This document shows positions 1 to 8,476 of a stretch of 29,653 nucleotides of DNA, piece after piece (the stretch's first letter is position 1; each line of letters begins with the position of its first letter). This stretch comes from Polyangiaceae bacterium (GTDB lineage: Bacteria; Myxococcota_A; Polyangia; Polyangiales; Polyangiaceae), in contig JANRKO010000091.1 of the NCBI GenBank assembly GCA_033763455.1, positions 1 to 29,653 of the forward strand. Reading direction: 5' to 3'. Under the pieces are notes generated by a model that saw only the letters and a list, made by a program, of their open reading frames with translations, did not search any database and had not been told where the DNA came from. Position numbers and translations under genes: made by a program.

Positions 1-139
1 CGAATGCCGGCGACAAACCGCCGAGCACACCCAAGCGCTGGGCGTGGATGTTGAAACATGTATTTTCTGCCGACCTTGATATCTGTCCTCGTTGTGGGGG
101 TGCCATGCGTTGGAGTGATGCTGCTACGACTACGGAAGA
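1..139 (+). mobile_element. 3' fragment of an IS91/ISCR-like (Y2) transposase, cut by the window edge and truncated at ~140
   Basis: Frame from nt 3 reads NAGDKPPSTPKRWAWMLKHVFSADLDICPRCGGAMRWSDAATTTED. This matches the WA-L-x-VF-xx-D-xxx-CPxCGGxMR C-terminal Zn-ribbon of IS91-like transposases. The frame then runs through antisense msrA sequence to TAA at 192-194. Not in the ORF track. Confidence 0.75.
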
Positions 140-405
140 CAAAAGCAGCCTCCGGCTAACACCGCGGTTTCTAGCTTCGATTCGGGTCCCTTAAGCGCGT
201 CGGGGAGCGTTGAGCCGGCACGAGAATTTGCGCCGGCGTGAGGAGCGGAGGCGTCCTTGGAAGCGACGGCCTTTGCTTCAGCGCGCACCGGTTGGCTGCG
301 TGGGGGCGAGGCGCATGCGACCACACCGAACCACACACCACACAGGCACCCACCCAGCCAAAGCACGGAAATCCAAGGCGAGCGACCGAACGGGAGGGGA
401 TCCAT
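140..405 (-). pseudogene. msrA: 5' fragment of peptide-methionine (S)-S-oxide reductase with a signal/lipoprotein-like N-terminus
   Basis: From ATG 405: MDPLPF...VVACASPP...KLETAVLAGGCF. The MsrA signature GGCFW breaks inside the Trp codon (tg|t) at ~140 and stops 3 codons later. Confidence 0.75.
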
Positions 406-554
406 GGTGGCAGTATGCCCGAGGGCGCGGGGAGTTATTGGTACGATGTGGCCGTTAGTCCGGGGGGCTGCTTGCGCCCAGAAACTAAGGAAAATCCAAA
501 CGCTGCGGACACAGAACGTCAAACCCATGGCTGAATGGGCTAGCGTCGTTCTCT

Positions 555-3188
555 ATGGCGATGAGGGGCATGAGCAAGAGCAGGCAGCGAGCAATTTCGG
601 CACGCTGGGGTGACATCTTGGCAATGACAATCGTGGGGGCCTCCACCCTTTTCCTTTTGGGTCCGTGGGTACACGACCAGGGCTCCCACGCTGCTCGAGA
701 GTTGGGCTGGTTGGGCATCATCCCATGGGCGGTTGCTATCGGTGCGCTGTCTGTGCTGACCCTAAGAAATCAAATGCCGCGGCTCACCGCCTTTCTAGGA
801 CTCCGTCATACCTTCTCGTTTCCCCCGGTCTGGGTCGCCGGATTTTTCGGCGCAGCATGTGTCGTAATAGCTTGGGCCTATGGTCTTTCCGCGGGGGGAG
901 CACCAGCAATCGACGGTGAAGAGCGCCTCTGCCTAGTCTGGATTGGAGGTTCACTCTTCGCACTCCCATTGATCGTCGCGGGCGGCCCATTCCTCTTGAA
1001 CTGTGGCCGCAGGGTCTCTGACACCGATGATCCCGACATCACGGGCGGAGATCATGTCGCGGTCCTCGGAGCGAGTGCTTTGGGTACTGACTTTGAGGCG
1101 CTCTGCAACTGGATCTTGAATGACTTACCAGTGGATGACCTCCGACAAGACCGCTTTGGCCATCAGATCGTCGCCCGCAGAATACTAGGTCGTTTTCTCG
1201 ACAGTTCAGTCGAAGCGGAAAGGTCCGTCGCACTGTTAGGCCGCTATGGTTCGGGAAAATCCACGATCATGCGACTGGTCATGGGGCAGGCAGCACCCCG
1301 GCGCGACCTTAAAATAGTCCCCGTATCGCTGTGGCCCTACACCACGGCCGAGGCTGCAGTTCGTGGGGTCATCAACGCACTTGTCAGCGCATTCGCAGAA
1401 GAGGTGAACGTCCTACCGATGCTTGGCCTTTCAAGACGGTATGCCCAGGCGATTCAGGGTTTGAGTCGCGCATCGTGGCTAACGCCGCACCTTGAGCGCA
1501 TTGAGGATCCCGTGGCAGTGCTGCAGCAGCTTGAACAACTTGCTAACGCTATTGGCGTCCGCGTAGTCGTTTGGGTTGAAGACTTTGAGCGCTTTGCCGG
1601 CTGGGATGAAGACGGGGCTCACAAAGAACAGGGCAGCAACGAAGCCAGTCACCTCGGTCCACTCCGTGCACTTCTGCATTGTTTGGACGAGCGAGCCTCT
1701 TTCACAGTGGTGATGGCCGCGACAACCCTAGGGGTTTCCTTTGATCAAGAGAAGCTCGCGCGCCACATCGAGCGGGTTCCCGACCTTCGCTATGCAGACC
1801 TCGGGAACATTCTGCGCTGCTTTCGCAATGGCTGCTTACACATGCTTGGGGATAGGGTCGATCCTGCGAACGCCAAAGCCAGAGCCGAGCTTGCGTTCAG
1901 TGAATCGCAACTTGATGATGCGTCCGCGTACCTTGGCTTTGAAACGGAACCTCCAGCTTCCATTGCCTTGGCCTCGCTCTGCGCAGCACCACGAATCCTG
2001 AAGATGGCTTTACGCGAATGCCACGACCAATGGAAGCGATTAGTTGGGGAAATCGATTTTGACGACCTGTTGGTACTTTCCCTCGTCAAGCACACTGACC
2101 CCGAGGTGTTCGCGCTGATCAGCGATTACGCGGAAACGCCAGGCCCTTCTAAACGGGCTGATCTTTCACGTGTTACAGATCGCATCTACGAGTTAACCGG
2201 CCCTCAACGCGCCCTTTCCCTAAAAGCATTGGTGTCATTCCTCTTTCCGGCACCTGACCAAGTTCAACGGAGACCCCAAGGGGTATCCTTTTATGACCGC
2301 CCATACTGGGGGCGTTTCGTTGATGGTGAGGTCGGGAGCGATCGAGATCAACCGGTGCTCCGAGCGATCAAGAACTTCGATAGCGAGGTGCTTGTAGAGT
2401 ACTTGGGGAAATCGCCCGAGCGCGAGGCGATTAAGCACTTTGGGTACGTTTTCAAAACTGATAAACTGGAAAGATTGCTGCGGAGCCTGATACTTAAGCA
2501 GTTAAGAGATTCCGCCAAGACCTGGCCGGGGCAGCGCCAGTTCGGGCTCGAAGCAATGTGGCTTATCGTCCTCAAGAAGGTTCGGCAGAGCGGCCAAATG
2601 CCGACGTCATTCGAACGCCTAGTGAAGCGCCTCGTGTTCGTATGCACGCGGCGCAACCTGCCACTTGCAGCAGAACTGGTGCGCCATTTTACGCGAACAG
2701 GCGGACAGACGGAGATCCCCGAGATTTTTCTTTCAGCATCCTCGCTCCAGCAGGCGTTTACGGACCACTTCGCACGCGAGTACACGGGCAAGCCAGATCG
2801 ACTTGCGGAAGTGCTTGAACACAGCAGAGAAGGTTTGTTAGCTCGATGTGTGTGGGGGTTCAGTCGAACCCGGAGTAACGACTTCAATGGACTACCATTT
2901 GATGGGTGGGAAGGCTTTGCCCAGACTCTCATCGAGGCCGCCACGCGCTTCCCGGACACTGTCCTGCCACAGGTTGTGCATCTCATCACATCGGCAGCCG
3001 GGTTGGACGAAGATGACCGCACCAGATACGCGCTGAATGGAGAGCTGCTCGATCGATTGTTTCCCGGAACCTTACTCATCTCGCTATTTGCAAGCCATTC
3101 GATTCGCGAATTTGAGGACCCACAGACCCAACTTCGCTTTGTAGCAGCGCAGACGGGCGCGAAGGCCCTTCTCCGTTCATCCCTGTGA
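555..3188 (+). CDS. KAP-family P-loop NTPase with N-terminal transmembrane helices
   Basis: About 4 hydrophobic segments, then D-P-xx-DRFG, Walker A GRYGSGKST, SLWPY, Walker B VVVWVEDFER and PRILK. Start codon uncertain (555-624). Confidence 0.8.
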   Translation: MAMRGMSKSRQRAISARWGDILAMTIVGASTLFLLGPWVHDQGSHAARELGWLGIIPWAVAIGALSVLTLRNQMPRLTAFLGLRHTFSFPPVWVAGFFGAACVVIAWAYGLSAGGAPAIDGEERLCLVWIGGSLFALPLIVAGGPFLLNCGRRVSDTDDPDITGGDHVAVLGASALGTDFEALCNWILNDLPVDDLRQDRFGHQIVARRILGRFLDSSVEAERSVALLGRYGSGKSTIMRLVMGQAAPRRDLKIVPVSLWPYTTAEAAVRGVINALVSAFAEEVNVLPMLGLSRRYAQAIQGLSRASWLTPHLERIEDPVAVLQQLEQLANAIGVRVVVWVEDFERFAGWDEDGAHKEQGSNEASHLGPLRALLHCLDERASFTVVMAATTLGVSFDQEKLARHIERVPDLRYADLGNILRCFRNGCLHMLGDRVDPANAKARAELAFSESQLDDASAYLGFETEPPASIALASLCAAPRILKMALRECHDQWKRLVGEIDFDDLLVLSLVKHTDPEVFALISDYAETPGPSKRADLSRVTDRIYELTGPQRALSLKALVSFLFPAPDQVQRRPQGVSFYDRPYWGRFVDGEVGSDRDQPVLRAIKNFDSEVLVEYLGKSPEREAIKHFGYVFKTDKLERLLRSLILKQLRDSAKTWPGQRQFGLEAMWLIVLKKVRQSGQMPTSFERLVKRLVFVCTRRNLPLAAELVRHFTRTGGQTEIPEIFLSASSLQQAFTDHFAREYTGKPDRLAEVLEHSREGLLARCVWGFSRTRSNDFNGLPFDGWEGFAQTLIEAATRFPDTVLPQVVHLITSAAGLDEDDRTRYALNGELLDRLFPGTLLISLFASHSIREFEDPQTQLRFVAAQTGAKALLRSSL

Positions 3189-3364
3189 AGTCTGCCAGCA
3201 AGGGCTTGGGCGCAACGAACGCTCTACAGACTAGTTGGGTACGTGGGATGATCGACCAACTGCCCGTCCAGCGGCTAGTGGCGGAATATAGGGGCGCTAG
3301 CTGACCGGGCCCCTGAGTCTGATTTTCTCGCTCCAAACGCGCCGCAAATCGGTCACTATGTCGT

Positions 3365-3631
3365 GTGGTCTTTGTGCAATGGCCGGCCTGGTGGCAGTGG
3401 GAACTTGAGTTCGTTCCGCATTTGTTGAAACGCATGGCCGATCGTGACTTCGACGAAGTGGCCCTGCGAATAATGCTGGAACGCGCCCAAGGCTACCATG
3501 CGGATGTCATAGCCGGGCGCTTCGTGATAAGAACACGGCACCGCCGACGAGCATGGGAAGTCATTGTTGAGCCAGACACCGAAGACAAGCTCCTCGTGGT
3601 CGTAACCGCGTATCCAACGAGCAACAAATGA
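3365..3631 (+). CDS. DUF4258-like small protein (putative toxin)
   Basis: 88 aa with HLLKRMADRDF and a C-terminal LLVVVTAYP. ATGA overlap with the next gene. Confidence 0.7.
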   Translation: MVFVQWPAWWQWELEFVPHLLKRMADRDFDEVALRIMLERAQGYHADVIAGRFVIRTRHRRRAWEVIVEPDTEDKLLVVVTAYPTSNK

Positions 3632-3897
3632 AACATCGATACCTCGAAGTTACGTACCGCAAAGGCAAGCCGCTGGCCGCCTACCTCTATCTGCCCCGTG
3701 CTCCATCGGCGAAAGCTGTGCGTACAGAAGACGCCGGCAATGGGATGCGCGTCGACTACGACACCTCGGGAAACCCGATTGGTATCGAAATTACTGCACC
3801 TACCTTGGTCACCCTGGATGCGATCGGTGCAGTCCTCGAACGGGCCGGGCAGCTGCGTTTGCTGCCCGATGAGTGGGCCCCTCTTCACGCGGCATAG
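3628..3897 (+). CDS. DUF2283-like protein (putative antitoxin)
   Basis: AAYLYL...VDYDTSGNPIGIEI motif; translationally coupled to the upstream gene. Confidence 0.8.
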   Translation: MKHRYLEVTYRKGKPLAAYLYLPRAPSAKAVRTEDAGNGMRVDYDTSGNPIGIEITAPTLVTLDAIGAVLERAGQLRLLPDEWAPLHAA

Positions 3898-4008
3898 CGC
3901 TCACCCACCGGCGATCAACGTCCTCGCCACCTCAGATTAAGCGCAAAGCCCCTCCGAGTAGAGGGCTCTCGCTGTTGCCGCAAGGAACTTCCGCCCCACA
4001 CGAGGGCC

Positions 4009-4374
4009 ATGGTATCGCTTGCCTTGATGGGTAAAGATGCGCCGGGGTTCAAGCGTTGCCCAGCTTGCGAGGAGCCAGTTGCCGATTGGCGGTCTCAATG
4101 CGATTGCGGCCACGTTTTCTTCGTCCGAGAAGAAATCGAGGGCAGGCGCGTCAAGAAGAAGGTTCGGAAGGTTCAGAAATCGCCCGACGACCTCGAGAAT
4201 CTGATCGACGCTGTCCAACGGCCACCCAAGGCTTCTGAATCTGGGGGATGCCTCTGGATTCTCGCGCTTGCCGGGGTCGTGATCGTTCTGATCGGAATCG
4301 TGTCGTACCCCCTTGAAACAATAGCTCTCTGCGCCGTCGTCCTCGTGCTTGTCGTAGCCTTGCGCGCCCGTTGA
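4009..4374 (+). CDS. Small Zn-ribbon protein with two C-terminal TM helices
   Basis: CPAC-x9-CDCGHVF, a Lys-rich linker and two hydrophobic segments. True start may be ATG 4027. Confidence 0.55.
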   Translation: MVSLALMGKDAPGFKRCPACEEPVADWRSQCDCGHVFFVREEIEGRRVKKKVRKVQKSPDDLENLIDAVQRPPKASESGGCLWILALAGVVIVLIGIVSYPLETIALCAVVLVLVVALRAR

Positions 4375-4449
4375 CTTCGGGTGATTCCTGAAAGCGCTCG
4401 CGCTGCGCAACGAGAAAACCGATGTCTGGTGGTTCTCGGTAAGGGTCTG

Positions 4450-4474
4450 AGTTGGTTACAAGTCGTAACCAACT
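4450..4474. repeat. Perfect 10-bp inverted repeat (terminator, operator or recombination site)
   Basis: AGTTGGTTAC-AAGTC-GTAACCAACT, located between convergent genes. Confidence 0.7.
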
Positions 4475-4572
4475 GAGCCGGATCAGCGCGCAATCAGGAA
4501 AATCTCCACGCGGCGATTGAGATCCCGATTAACGGCTTGGGCGCTAGTTGGGCTTTTGACAATCCGGCGCCG

Positions 4573-6000
4573 CTATTCGGCAACCTTGGCCAAATAGACC
4601 GTACAGCCGTGGGGCTCAAAAGGGCCCACATCTGGATCGAACGGTTGATCGGAGCGAATGCCTCCCAGGTTAGTGCCGACAACCAGAACCCCCGCCATGC
4701 CTTCCAGGCCCACCAAACGTTGCTGGACAGAGCGGGCCTTCTGCTGAAACGGAATATCTAAGGTTCCAGCAACTTCGCCACTTTTGGTTATCTTCGATAA
4801 AGTCCACTTAAAAGGAACTGGCTCTTCCCACTCGGCCTCAAACCCGAGGACATCTTTTTCGGTCCACTTGTCGAGCTCTAGCCACACATATTCCGAACCA
4901 TTGGGGCGCAAAGGATTCACACTGGCAACTCGACGCGGCAAGCTCGAAGCCTTGATGCTCCAATCGAAACGCACGTGGCCGAAGCCTCCAGAAAACAAAA
5001 GTGAGATCGGGCGCAAAGGGCGGCTGCGTGAGCCCAAAAATGCACGATCAAGCGCAAAGTTGGCCGAGAACGAGGCAAATCTCACAGGATCTTCCTCGAA
5101 GGTATGACGCAACACATCGAACACATCCGGCTCGTCAAAGAAGCGCCAGGCCCCAACAGGCGTTAGCCCGGCACTCGCGGACAACCACGCCGCAGAAGCC
5201 CAACCCGGACCACGCGGCGAATGCGCTTCCAGGTAATCGAACAACACCCAGGACCCACGAGCAGCCCCTTCATCCTCGTCGCTAAAGAAGCCGAGGTGAG
5301 GGCTCTGCTGGAAATTGTGGATCGCTTCGAGCGTTCTATCCGATGGCCCTAGGGTGAGCAGATGAATGTAGTCGGAAAACGCAGCAATCACACCAGAGCC
5401 CGCCCCGGGATCCAACTGATGAGCGACGGCCTGGGCCACGCAAAGCGTCGCCGCTTCCTCGGGGCGCATACTGAGCGGTGCCTCGCAGAAGACACGCCCT
5501 TCGTCGAAAACCGAAAGGGGCCGTTCCGAGAGCACAACGTTGAACGGAGTGGCGTGTTCACTCACGTACAAATCTAGATTCTCGTCAGCCCTCGCCGCTC
5601 CCCGCGGCGGCGGAAGCCCCATCCCGAGCACCACGCGGTCGTAAGCGCTCTCAAGCGCTCCCAAAAACGCTGACCCACGTTTTTGGAACAAAGCCCCAGT
5701 TCCCGACACGCACACTGGACGGCGAAACGAACAAGCGCGCTCGACGGCAGACGGAGGCTCGCGCCAGCTTCTATAAATAGGCTCACCCGTGGGCAGTGTC
5801 GGATCGATGCGCAACTTCGAAGCTTCCACGACGAGCGGGCCGCCCAGCAAAAACGGCCGCGGCTTGGGCGGCGCTGCATGCGCCACGGCTCCTATCCCAA
5901 TGCCGGCTGCGGCGAGCCCAAGGCTGAACCAAGGAATGCGGGATGAAGCTCGGATTTTGCGGTTCACGCTCTCCATCGTCCCCAATTCAATACCCGGCAT
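4573..6000 (-). CDS. Secreted hypothetical protein
   Basis: 475-aa ORF with a signal-like segment (FSLGLAAAGIGIGAVAHA). Start may be ATG 5976. Confidence 0.75.
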   Translation of the reverse strand: MPGIELGTMESVNRKIRASSRIPWFSLGLAAAGIGIGAVAHAAPPKPRPFLLGGPLVVEASKLRIDPTLPTGEPIYRSWREPPSAVERACSFRRPVCVSGTGALFQKRGSAFLGALESAYDRVVLGMGLPPPRGAARADENLDLYVSEHATPFNVVLSERPLSVFDEGRVFCEAPLSMRPEEAATLCVAQAVAHQLDPGAGSGVIAAFSDYIHLLTLGPSDRTLEAIHNFQQSPHLGFFSDEDEGAARGSWVLFDYLEAHSPRGPGWASAAWLSASAGLTPVGAWRFFDEPDVFDVLRHTFEEDPVRFASFSANFALDRAFLGSRSRPLRPISLLFSGGFGHVRFDWSIKASSLPRRVASVNPLRPNGSEYVWLELDKWTEKDVLGFEAEWEEPVPFKWTLSKITKSGEVAGTLDIPFQQKARSVQQRLVGLEGMAGVLVVGTNLGGIRSDQPFDPDVGPFEPHGCTVYLAKVAE

Positions 6001-6074
6001 GCGAGAGATTTGACAGCCTCACTCCCGTCACCTCTATACTGGTGGAGCTTGATTGCGCTCGCGAGAAAACACGG

Positions 6075-6635
6075 ATGACACAACCTTCCTTTGATGCCGC
6101 GGGCGCCCTAGAGTTCGACCTTGCCCGTGGCAGCCTCACCTTCGACGGCAAGGTAGCGGCCCTTGCGGTCCCAACCAGCGCTTTGGATGCGCTTTTCAAG
6201 CGCGCACCGGCAGATATCGTGGAAGGTTTCGGAAAACGGCTCGGCAGCCAAGCAGCTGAGTGTGTGCGAGAGCGCGTGGGGGAGCACAAGCTTTCGCTCA
6301 GCCTTGACGGAGTTACTGAGCACCTGGGTGGTGCCTTCGCACTGTTGGGGCTTGGTAACCTGCAAATGGAGCGTTGGGGCAAGGCATTGGTTGTAAATAT
6401 CAGCGGCATTCCGTTGAAGTCGGCCCACGTTGCTATCGTGCGTTCTGCGCTTGAATCGGCGCTCCTGCACTTATTTGAACGCACCGTAAAGGGTGTTGCC
6501 GTTTCACAAGATGAGTCGAGCGTGAAGCTGTTGGTGGTAGCTCCTGACGTGGCGCCGAAGGTTGAGGCCTGGGTGCAGCAAGGCTTCTCCTGGGGAGAGC
6601 TGCTCGATAAGTTGCATCGTGGGGTGTCGGCATGA
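6075..6635 (+). CDS. Hypothetical protein, possibly V4R/XylR-N-like fold
   Basis: Likely start ATG 6075 (MTQPSFD). FDLARG...FGKRLG...LGLGNLQMERWG pattern. ATGA overlap with the next gene. Confidence 0.6.
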   Translation: MTQPSFDAAGALEFDLARGSLTFDGKVAALAVPTSALDALFKRAPADIVEGFGKRLGSQAAECVRERVGEHKLSLSLDGVTEHLGGAFALLGLGNLQMERWGKALVVNISGIPLKSAHVAIVRSALESALLHLFERTVKGVAVSQDESSVKLLVVAPDVAPKVEAWVQQGFSWGELLDKLHRGVSA

Positions 6636-7492
6636 GTGCACAACAGAAAGTCGCCGCACTGGAGGGGCTATTGGCCAGGATCCAAGCCAATCGCGCGTTG
6701 CCCCGGCTTCCTTACGTTGCAAGCCCTGTGGTGCCAGCCGAAGCCATCCTCGAAGAAGCGCCCGCGCCCGCGGCTTACGTGCCCAGCGCTGTAGAAGCTG
6801 CGCCAGAAGAGATCGAAGCCGATGACGTTGAGCTTTTCGACGACGAGATCGTCGAGGTCACGGTGGACTCCGATCCGTCCGCAGACGCAGCACCACCGGC
6901 CACAGAAACCACAGATTTTGAGCTTAGTTTCTCGGATCCAGCTGACGCCATCTCGGAGCCGTCTCCGAGCGAGGCTGAGGCGAACTCTACGGAGACGGAC
7001 TTCTCGGATGTGAGCACGGCGTTGGAGCCGGCGGCTGCGAGCGATGCGCAGGCTGCCGTGGCGGGCGCTCCAGCTGACGCGCAGGACACCATTGAAGAAG
7101 AAGCCCCAGCTTCCTCCAAGCGGGCCAAGGTCACACCCACATCGATGAGCGAAGCGCTTGCAGAGGCCGCTTCTCAGGCGGAGCGCGAAGTCCCCTTAAA
7201 GACGCCCCCTCCCGAATCGGGTCCCCAAGCCGCAAGTCCCGTGCAAATCCCGGCTGCAGGGCGCTTGCCTACGCTTCCGCCTGAGCCTGCAGAAGAACAA
7301 GCCGAAGTCGCGCAGGCTCCCGCAGAACCGGTCAACACCGCGGCAGCCTTTGCCGCACTCGAACCCGAGGTTGCCACACGGGCCGCAGCCGACGCCAATG
7401 TGTTGCGCATCGTCGGTGCAGCCACAGCGTTCAAGCCCAAGTCATTTCTTGAGCTTTTGGATGCAACACTCGGGCTCAGCCGCGGGGAGTGA
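6632..7492 (+). CDS. Acidic Ala/Pro/Glu-rich, largely disordered hypothetical protein
   Basis: Short amphipathic N-terminal (LEGLLARIQAN) and C-terminal (SFLELLDATLGL) helices around a low-complexity linker. Confidence 0.7.
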   Translation: MSAQQKVAALEGLLARIQANRALPRLPYVASPVVPAEAILEEAPAPAAYVPSAVEAAPEEIEADDVELFDDEIVEVTVDSDPSADAAPPATETTDFELSFSDPADAISEPSPSEAEANSTETDFSDVSTALEPAAASDAQAAVAGAPADAQDTIEEEAPASSKRAKVTPTSMSEALAEAASQAEREVPLKTPPPESGPQAASPVQIPAAGRLPTLPPEPAEEQAEVAQAPAEPVNTAAAFAALEPEVATRAAADANVLRIVGAATAFKPKSFLELLDATLGLSRGE

Positions 7493-7504
7493 GATCGAGG
7501 GCCA

Positions 7505-8476
7505 ATGAAGCTCGCCAGTTTGAAGTCTGGGCGAGACGGCCAGTTAATCGTCGTTAACCGAGATGGCACGCGTTACACGAGCGCGCGAACCGTAGCTCCA
7601 ACGCTACAAGCTGCTCTCGAGGCCTGGCCAACAGCCTCCCTTGCACTCGCCGTACTAAGCCAAGAACTGGAAGCGGGAACCATTGCGAGCTCACCGCTCG
7701 ACATTTCGCAACTGGCGGCGCCGTTACCCCGCGCCTACGAGTGGGTGGATGGCTCAGCCTTCATTCAACATATCCGACTCGTGAGAAAAGCCCGCGGAGC
7801 CGAGCCCCCCGCATCTCTGCTCACGGACCCCTTGGTTTACCAAGGCGGCTCCAGCGTGCTCTTGGGACCCACCGACCCGATTGAGCTCATCGACAGCGCG
7901 CACGGGCTCGATTTCGAGGCGGAAGTTGCCGTGATCCTCGCGGATACGCCCCGCGGCACCACCGTTGCCACAGCCGAAAGCCACGTGGCCCTCTTGCTCT
8001 TGGCTAACGACATTACCTTGAGAGAGCTTGTGCCGAGTGAGCTTGCGAAGGGTTTTGGTTTTTTTGTATCGAAACCTGCTACGGCGTTTTCACCCTTTGC
8101 GGTAACGCCCGATGAGCTAGGGCCCGCTTGGCGCGACGGCCGTGTGCACTTGCGGCTCCGAAGCACCTTGAACGGAACGCTCATGGGAGATCCGGAAGCC
8201 TCCGAAATGCACTTTTCGTTTTACGATCTGATGGCCCACATCACGCAGACTCGAGCGTTTGGTGCAGGCACTATCTTGGGCAGCGGCACCGTATCCAACG
8301 TGGATACGGCACGGGGCGTTTCCTGTTTGGCCGAACGGCGCATGTTGGAGACGCTGGCACACGGAGCTCCAAGAACGCCCTACCTCAAGCCTGGTGATCA
8401 TATCGAGATTGAAATGCTGGATGCCAACGGCGCAAGTGTTTTTGGGCGCATCTCACAGACCGTGGTGAGAAGATGA
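7505..8476 (+). CDS. fahA: Fumarylacetoacetate hydrolase family protein
   Basis: APLPRAYEWVDGSAF, LDFEAEVAV, ANDITLR, SKPATAFSP and GTILGSGTVSN motifs; adjacent to maiA. Confidence 0.88.
   Translation: MKLASLKSGRDGQLIVVNRDGTRYTSARTVAPTLQAALEAWPTASLALAVLSQELEAGTIASSPLDISQLAAPLPRAYEWVDGSAFIQHIRLVRKARGAEPPASLLTDPLVYQGGSSVLLGPTDPIELIDSAHGLDFEAEVAVILADTPRGTTVATAESHVALLLLANDITLRELVPSELAKGFGFFVSKPATAFSPFAVTPDELGPAWRDGRVHLRLRSTLNGTLMGDPEASEMHFSFYDLMAHITQTRAFGAGTILGSGTVSNVDTARGVSCLAERRMLETLAHGAPRTPYLKPGDHIEIEMLDANGASVFGRISQTVVRR

Noticed and set aside
130..150. Selenocysteine read-through explaining the short msrA
   Set aside because: The catalytic codon is TGC, the stop is TAG, and downstream sequence is antisense transposase.
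4460..4469. AAGTCGTAAC resembles the 16S rRNA 3' conserved motif
   Set aside because: Only 10 nt match and the flanks are not rRNA; it is part of a local palindrome.
450..4560. Integron cassette array
   Set aside because: No convincing RYYYAAC...GTTRRRY attC boxes after the genes and no integrase.
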